Virus record (IMG/VR): IMGVR_UViG_3300023245_000006
Coordinates: 32,704-96,703 of that record
DNA length: 64,000 nt
Origin: a virus
Strand: one strand, 5' to 3'
Position numbers and translations under genes: made by a program. Position 1 is the first letter of the stretch. The number at the start of each line of letters is the position of its first letter. The notes below the pieces were generated by a model. That model had not been told where the DNA came from and ran no database searches. It worked only from the letters and a program-made list of their open reading frames with translations. Of this stretch, positions 59,001 through 64,000 are shown piece by piece.

Positions 59001-59332
59001 ATAAATTTATAGGTAAGGTTTCGGATCTACGTATATATTCTAAGGCACTTACATCTAACCAGATTAGAGCATTATACTTCACATTTCCATATTCGGTAAA
59101 ACCTATCCCATTACATTGGAACATGCCAACGGGTGAGAGGAATTTCATCGAATGTGTTGATAAGTGGTACAAGATGCAACTTACTGGTTTGAAAAGTAGA
59201 CACTTCAACATAAATATTCATAATATGGAAGTTGACAACTCTTTAAAATTAATTATCGAGGAATCGTTAAAAAATGTTGTTAAGAAAATCATCCCATCTT
59301 ATAGTGGGTTGAATAAAATAGAATGGGTATAA
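56060..59332 (+). CDS. tail/baseplate protein with split LamG domain and beta-propeller
   Basis: FTTSLWV..WHMFTF..F.GKVSDLRIY; TATAAATA upstream. Confidence 0.7.
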   Translation: MIVSSYNSFSSVNLEFFKFSPVSQESNLECTSVCLDNGLKLSIYNVLSGAKDFSFNNKSGLLLSSLRSNSEIFESSDVISKLNFSNMDSPITTSNNFVISTSSNNLHFTNKTVADIPDTLTFLKVSDYLHIKNNRNFYLTHNPTDDTLSFIPKIISDSNLQKFDYNLNDNLLYLYPYGYNRSKIVVSTNPLSVSSYNYNTFSSNSSLYILKMYAFTDALNNYGLLETSVVTYENNPITSTESLKRIDDLEYKQNYLVIFPYEYKTDNGYPLYINGLKNYQTPEYAYSKGSETYLNNSSTRRDYDKIFTGSNQYGGNDNVFLGYRGKTAEQIFDPNKNTKFFYPFNAPRIYIGDSGLIEDGAKSGEIPFDSDKVFVNNIDYSEFLATSSTIKKFDGTWACSWLSGNHLGDSIWMDRFYNSAYYTLDQAISAGNVVYNPKHRNISTNMWDDISTMYFEPGIRYSYMRIGQYDVDDYIKSFDFDPSMELGGKILHIKKWNSDPLLDETPYKHDGLVFYNNFDNFKGDYWVMDGENHAVFSSDNILLNDTEFTTSLWVNVDDWSDIQGEQIFGNYYNGGYGFVNSSAYPSPLFTIVENTAGKISTYNYRMLEIDEVMFEPLDDQENRIIQKLPNFDYWVFDCINLIGRRYDIEGKLLDVIPTSDISPTLSTITQVKIDSAQSLYLYDKDNHNILVLDSDGNYTNTRSITGNSFQIDLNDNLIDCYGSFADIDSSNNLWEIVGGNLYKNKQIYGNVGLVQEILFDALDNLWILHGQDTVSKLNTSIDAFTFSLRIGTRSSLPEDPCVLASIPDKFRTIDFLKVPNGKISEDLAVIVDNFDNEIYIINQNGDMLSKMNLRDGKDSGDFKYYAEGDFTGYQYLRKYGYSDKSLAWKFKISKLDGTDNRNITLKHTAKNLYKGWHMFTFAFDTLKGEASYYIDSILVDSVKFDKYIYKLAFSYRSPLLLGANTVKNKILNDVIRINNSYKFIGKVSDLRIYSKALTSNQIRALYFTFPYSVKPIPLHWNMPTGERNFIECVDKWYKMQLTGLKSRHFNINIHNMEVDNSLKLIIEESLKNVVKKIIPSYSGLNKIEWV

Positions 59333-59333
59333 C

Positions 59334-60122
59334 ATGTCAAAATTAACCGATTTTAATATATCCGCAAACGATGCATGTTCAAATGTTTATCTAATAGATG
59401 AAAATTTATGTCTGGGTGATTCGTATCAAATAATGAATGCGAATTTCTCTGGATTGTCTTCTAGTTTACTAAATTTAGAAACATATGCCAACGATTTTTA
59501 TAACATATATACCACGTTTACGGTAAATAGCGCAAATATTTTAAAAGCCTTCGATAATATCCACACTTTAAGTGCTAGTTGGAATAGTGCGTATTCCACG
59601 GTAGAGTCTACAAGTTCTTATTGGCAAACTCCCTTAGAAATTATATATCCGAAATTAATTGTTATGGATGATTGGTATTCTTATACAAACAACTACGAAA
59701 CGGTTGTTATCAAAAATTGGTTAGATTATGTTTTCCCACCCACGGATTTCTACATGAATCAAAAACTAGTTGTTTGTATTAACCTATTCAAAAATGTGAA
59801 TTTCGACTTTAAATTCCAGAGAAGTTATTATGAAAGCTGTTATATCTACAGTTCTCGTGGTATAAGCTGTGGTAGATGCAATATAGGTCAGGTGAAATGT
59901 AATCACCCGGATGCTGATGGTAACAAAGATATACCAAGTTGCAACCTATGTAACAATTGCGATGTGAGAGGTGAGAGTAAATCAGGATCGGTAACATGTA
60001 GATCGTTAGGGGGACAGACGACCTTGAATCTGAATTATAGTAGATATATGTCCGATGGGTTTATACCTAGAAACATAAAAGTAGAATATATAAATATTAA
60101 CAATGTCTGGACATTAATATGA
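59334..60122 (+). CDS. structural protein with Cys-rich insert (paralog 1)
   Basis: CLGDS..MN.NF..L N-terminus shared with the next two genes. Confidence 0.65.
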   Translation: MSKLTDFNISANDACSNVYLIDENLCLGDSYQIMNANFSGLSSSLLNLETYANDFYNIYTTFTVNSANILKAFDNIHTLSASWNSAYSTVESTSSYWQTPLEIIYPKLIVMDDWYSYTNNYETVVIKNWLDYVFPPTDFYMNQKLVVCINLFKNVNFDFKFQRSYYESCYIYSSRGISCGRCNIGQVKCNHPDADGNKDIPSCNLCNNCDVRGESKSGSVTCRSLGGQTTLNLNYSRYMSDGFIPRNIKVEYININNVWTLI

Positions 60123-60889
60123 ATTTAACATTATCACCTATTATAAACACCGAAGATATTGGTAATACTCTATCATCTATAAATCTATCATTTAAGGGGT
60201 TGGATGCTTTCACATATGGTCTGCACGTAAGTGCCTATAATTTATTTGAACCTTTGATGGAATTCTATGTAACCCATAAAGATAGATTCAAATCATTAAT
60301 AACAACCACGCAGACTTATAGTGCTAATTGGGAAACTATGAGAACATTGGTATCCACCAATAGCGCAAAGTGGATCAAACCTATAGTTTTTATCCACCCA
60401 ACGGTTTATAGGTATCCGATAGCATTGAGCACTTTAAATATAATTGTTAGTTCTTTCAATGATCTATATCCTATTTTACCAGATCCAACCATTGCTCCTA
60501 ACCATATAGAAAATCAAAGAGCTATAATATACTACTACACAAATACAATCAAAGATGTGGTTAATGATAGTTTCGTACAAAACTCTAACGAAGTTGCCGG
60601 ATGCTATTCACAAGACAGTGCTACGGGGTGCGTAAGGTGTCAAAACCGTGTAGGTAGGGGTTCGACATCGTGCAGAGGACAACAACAGTCATGCGGTGGT
60701 TGTGCTGGTGGGGCATGTCAATCATGTGCAACAGTGTCATGTAGATATCCAGAAACGAATACAAATTCAACAAATCGATATATACAGGCAACGATCAATA
60801 GTCGTTTTCAAGATGTATATGAACGAGAATTAAAAGGTATGATGTATACTGTTAAAGATTGTTCTTGGACGTTCGAAAGGAATTTATAA
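60119..60889 (+). CDS. structural protein with Cys-rich insert (paralog 2)
   Basis: IGNTL.SIN.SF..L N-terminus and a Cys cluster. Confidence 0.65.
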   Translation: MNLTLSPIINTEDIGNTLSSINLSFKGLDAFTYGLHVSAYNLFEPLMEFYVTHKDRFKSLITTTQTYSANWETMRTLVSTNSAKWIKPIVFIHPTVYRYPIALSTLNIIVSSFNDLYPILPDPTIAPNHIENQRAIIYYYTNTIKDVVNDSFVQNSNEVAGCYSQDSATGCVRCQNRVGRGSTSCRGQQQSCGGCAGGACQSCATVSCRYPETNTNSTNRYIQATINSRFQDVYERELKGMMYTVKDCSWTFERNL

Positions 60890-60890
60890 A

Positions 60891-61508
60891 ATGAATTATA
60901 CCTATGAAATATTAGATTACGAATGTGTCGGTGACTCGTTAGGAAAATATAACTACAATTTTATCAATCTAGATGATAAACTTTGTGGCGTATCATCTAT
61001 ATTCTTTTTAGATAATCCTAACATATATAAAGAATTTAACGATTTTTTAAATATATCAGAATCTTTGATTAATATAGGAAATGTTTACAATGATGTATCT
61101 GGTTATAAGGAAGCATTTACAGCAGTCACTCTTTTGAGTTCTTATTGGAATACTCCTGAAATAACGGTCCAATATCCTATAAATTTTGTTTCGGATTCTA
61201 ATGTATCTCTAAAAAATTATTATTTAGATACTATTGCCGATCAAAATCTTTCTTTGATCGCCCAGACGTATATAAATGCAAATTTTCCGGTTTCTGAATA
61301 TCTACCTAAGTCTATAGTCAATATATCGTTTCTGTTATATAGTAGCAGTGGGGAATTTATTTCTACTGTAGATGGCCCTTATCAGGATTATCCACGATCA
61401 CAGTATTGGATCGTGGATTTTACAAAAAATGATGTATATATTGTAAAAAGTAAAAATTTCAAATTTGAGATGGTTTCTGATGTTTGGGTAAATACAGAAA
61501 TATTATGA
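60891..61508 (+). CDS. structural protein (paralog 3)
   Basis: CVGDSLGKYN.NF..L N-terminus. Confidence 0.65.
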   Translation: MNYTYEILDYECVGDSLGKYNYNFINLDDKLCGVSSIFFLDNPNIYKEFNDFLNISESLINIGNVYNDVSGYKEAFTAVTLLSSYWNTPEITVQYPINFVSDSNVSLKNYYLDTIADQNLSLIAQTYINANFPVSEYLPKSIVNISFLLYSSSGEFISTVDGPYQDYPRSQYWIVDFTKNDVYIVKSKNFKFEMVSDVWVNTEIL

Positions 61509-61933
61509 TAGCAATTTTCAACGATGGTGATGTTTTTTTAGGGTATTGTGAGGTTGTTCCTCCACACATCAAAAAAATAAAAGATTTGGGGAATGAATTC
61601 GATCCCATGACATCATTTTGGGATGGTGACTTCCTTTCTGGTTGTGTAAGACCTCTCAAAGCCAAGAAATTGAATGCTTTTCATATCGAGGAAGAATTTG
61701 TTGATAAAATGAAGGCTCTATATTCTAATGAGATCAGCCATATTCTGTGCATCAAACAAATTCATAAAATATCTGAAAAATTAGAATGTTTTGATGATAA
61801 TTTCAAAAATATGTGTGATGATATCATGCCTCTTATTGATTATTACGACAACTTGGTTAAGTCTTTAAAGGAAGAAAATAATATAGAAACGAAAGAAGAA
61901 ATTTATGAGAAACATAAAGCTGTATTTAAGTAA
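61505..61933 (+). CDS. hypothetical protein
   Basis: ATGA overlap with the upstream gene. Confidence 0.6.
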   Translation: MIAIFNDGDVFLGYCEVVPPHIKKIKDLGNEFDPMTSFWDGDFLSGCVRPLKAKKLNAFHIEEEFVDKMKALYSNEISHILCIKQIHKISEKLECFDDNFKNMCDDIMPLIDYYDNLVKSLKEENNIETKEEIYEKHKAVFK

Positions 61934-62312
61934 GACAAAAGGTTTTAACCCTGTGTTAAAATTTCGATATGGTTATGGTCTGGGTGACTTCATAGCTGCT
62001 ACATTACATTCAAAATTTATCGGGCCTATAACATATCTCATAACAGGTAACCTAGAACCGTGTCAAACATGTAGCAATCGAAGAATGGCCTTGAATATTC
62101 TAATCCCTATCCCCTTCTGGAGAATTTTCTTTAAAACACATGACGATCTAGAAACATCATTGAATGCTGATTATAAGAAACATGGGATCATCCTACATAA
62201 AGAGGGTGAAGAACCCAAATCAGATAATGAGCCAATCGTAGAGCCACCAATGAAGGTAGAGACCATCACGACCATGGAAGAACTTATAAAAAAGCCTTAT
62301 TACAATTTATGA
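61905..62312 (+). CDS. hypothetical protein
   Basis: GLGD...PC..C..RR..LN motif. Confidence 0.65.
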   Translation: MRNIKLYLSKTKGFNPVLKFRYGYGLGDFIAATLHSKFIGPITYLITGNLEPCQTCSNRRMALNILIPIPFWRIFFKTHDDLETSLNADYKKHGIILHKEGEEPKSDNEPIVEPPMKVETITTMEELIKKPYYNL

Positions 62313-62884
62313 ATGATATAGAAATAGTAGTGGTAAAATTACCCGAAGATGAAAATTGTCTACAGACCGTATACAATTTTTGTGAACACCTGAATAGTAT
62401 TTTATCAGGTATACGGTTGTGTCATGTATTCACCAACAACTACAGCACCCACACAATTTACGGTGCTCTTTACGGTGCTCTATCAAACGACTTTGACTCT
62501 TTAATGGAAGAAGTGGTCGGACTATACAAATCCGATAAAAGCTTGGTTTTTCCTGAAAATTCCATTGTGGTACCTGTGGTAGATTGTGAATCGGATTGTT
62601 ATGATTCCTTTAAGCTTATTGTTAATGAATTGTATTCAATTCTAACACTAAACGACTTTACCGACTTTGTTGATAATGCCCCTAAGAATGGTATCAATAA
62701 CAAACTGGAAGAGATATTCTCGGAGATCAATAAGGCCGACTATCTCCTGTCGATGGCTACATCTAAACCCTCAGACGAGCCTAAAATTCTAGAAGAACCG
62801 GAAGTAAGTAATTTGGACTCTGAGACTCAAACATATATAGCAGGCGGTCAGTTACCCCAAACATTCGAGATCCCACAAGTTTAA
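62309..62884 (+). CDS. Dps/ferritin-like (DUF5856-like) protein
   Basis: H..T.NYSTH...G.LY......D.LME..YLL. Confidence 0.7.
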   Translation: MNDIEIVVVKLPEDENCLQTVYNFCEHLNSILSGIRLCHVFTNNYSTHTIYGALYGALSNDFDSLMEEVVGLYKSDKSLVFPENSIVVPVVDCESDCYDSFKLIVNELYSILTLNDFTDFVDNAPKNGINNKLEEIFSEINKADYLLSMATSKPSDEPKILEEPEVSNLDSETQTYIAGGQLPQTFEIPQV

Positions 62885-63302
62885 AGTTTGTAGAATCCCC
62901 TAATATGGTTTCTAGACTTGGTAGTGTTAGACTAATTGTGAAGTTTACTTCCTCTGGGGTTGATATTCCTATTTCGTAGAACTGTATCTTGATATTGTAA
63001 ATTTTTTGAGCCGTATCATCAAAGAAGTATGAGGTTGTTAGTAACTTGTTTCTAGGATCACCCGATTCATCTAAGATGAAAGTTCCTGTTGGTTGATCTA
63101 GTAGGGGTATAAGTTCCTCGGTTGACTGTAGATCATTACCAAAATCACATTCGATTTTCCATATTTTATTTAATGGTGTGAACCCAGATGTACATAGTGT
63201 CAGAGACAATGGGGAATACGAAGATATCGTAGAACCATCTGTTGAGTTATCTACCTGTATGGTCTGAGAATTAATCATTACATTTTTGTTAAAATTAGCC
63301 AT
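62781..63302 (-). CDS. hypothetical structural protein (start may be truncated by the adjacent island)
   Basis: ORF. Confidence 0.5.
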   Translation of the reverse strand: MANFNKNVMINSQTIQVDNSTDGSTISSYSPLSLTLCTSGFTPLNKIWKIECDFGNDLQSTEELIPLLDQPTGTFILDESGDPRNKLLTTSYFFDDTAQKIYNIKIQFYEIGISTPEEVNFTISLTLPSLETILGDSTNFKLVGSRMFGVTDRLLYMFESQSPNYLLPVLLEF

Positions 63303-63426
63303 CCTCCAAAACGGTCAGGGAAATGGCCCCAGTCGCTGGCTCGAATCTCGCAAATCGCAATTCAGGGGATGCGGATGCGGTGGCGATTGCGGCCAGAAGA
63401 CAGAGTGTGATGAGGTGTTTCATAAT

Positions 63427-63981
63427 TTAGCGGCGAAATTCGATTTGGCCGTAAATGGAGTGGTTCTGCGCGTAATTGTCAGTCAACGATCCCCCTGATT
63501 TGTTGCCGACAATGATCCCGATGAATCCATACGATCCGACATTCGCCGCATTTGTTTGCCAGGCCTCTGGGATCGTCACCCAATCGCTCGTGAAGGCAAA
63601 TGTGTTAGTAAATCCGCTATGAGTCGCGGCAAGGTCAACGAGAGTCCCGGTCAGCCCGCCAACGGTGTCGGGATAAGCGGTATTCCCGACACGGGTGCCG
63701 TGCAGCGTCTCTATCGTGTTCGTTGAGTTGATGCCCTGCGAACTAAATTTCACGTAAATTGGGAATGTGTCCGAAGTTGGGTTGGATGTGAATCCCATTG
63801 AAACCCGCACTCGAAATTTTGTCATCTCAGCGGGAATAGACGCGGGCATACTGCTAGAAAAAGCATTATATCCACCCGGTACAAGCGACCACGATGCATC
63901 GTCGGCTTTTGCTGCGGCCGAGTTTAGATTAATGCACCATTGGAAATAACTCCCGCGAGCGTCGAGAAGCTGCCGCGTCAT
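63427..63981 (-). CDS. GC-rich tail-fibre-like C-terminal domain (probably continues beyond the window)
   Basis: beta-rich sequence in a GC-rich island. Confidence 0.5.
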   Translation of the reverse strand: MTRQLLDARGSYFQWCINLNSAAAKADDASWSLVPGGYNAFSSSMPASIPAEMTKFRVRVSMGFTSNPTSDTFPIYVKFSSQGINSTNTIETLHGTRVGNTAYPDTVGGLTGTLVDLAATHSGFTNTFAFTSDWVTIPEAWQTNAANVGSYGFIGIIVGNKSGGSLTDNYAQNHSIYGQIEFRR

Positions 63982-64000
63982 AACGCTTGATCCACTCGCC

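Noticed and set aside
1-64000. Stop-codon reassignment
   Set aside because: Long genes are intact in code 11, TAA, TGA and TAG all end genes, and no CUA or UCA tRNA was seen.

Overview
AT-rich segment of a large lytic, T4-like/jumbo bacteriophage genome, read in the standard genetic code. The host is unknown; PVC/Verrucomicrobia is only a weak inference. Positions 1-47 kb are mostly minus-strand early/middle genes, many behind their own TTGACA-17-TAnnnT promoter. They include a five-copy HREDGPA-repeat gene array, a 1.5-kb non-coding origin/terminus-like block, and an ATP-dependent DNA ligase fractured by a split intein plus a free-standing endonuclease. There is also an RNA-repair gene set (two RNA ligases, HD, HAD, RNase Z-like, 2H, Ro60/TROVE-like vWA), a TnpB-only IS element, and an ~11-kb array of about 29 tRNAs mixed with atypical tRNA-like RNAs, structured ncRNAs and homing endonucleases. 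From ~47.4 kb the + strand carries late/structural genes marked by a TATAAGTA/TAAGTA motif. Highlights: (1) a 29-codon leader peptide using 19 of 20 amino acids, coupled to a mutually exclusive antiterminator/terminator at the head of the tRNA array, a candidate general tRNA-depletion attenuator; (2) an ncRNA mimicking the L11-binding GTPase-associated centre of 23S rRNA; (3) two D-arm-less Arg-anticodon tRNA-like RNAs and an initiator tRNA with a hairpin insert in its anticodon loop; (4) three CAGCAAUCAA stem-loops linked to the Ro60-like gene. All calls were made by eye, so RNA boundaries are approximate.
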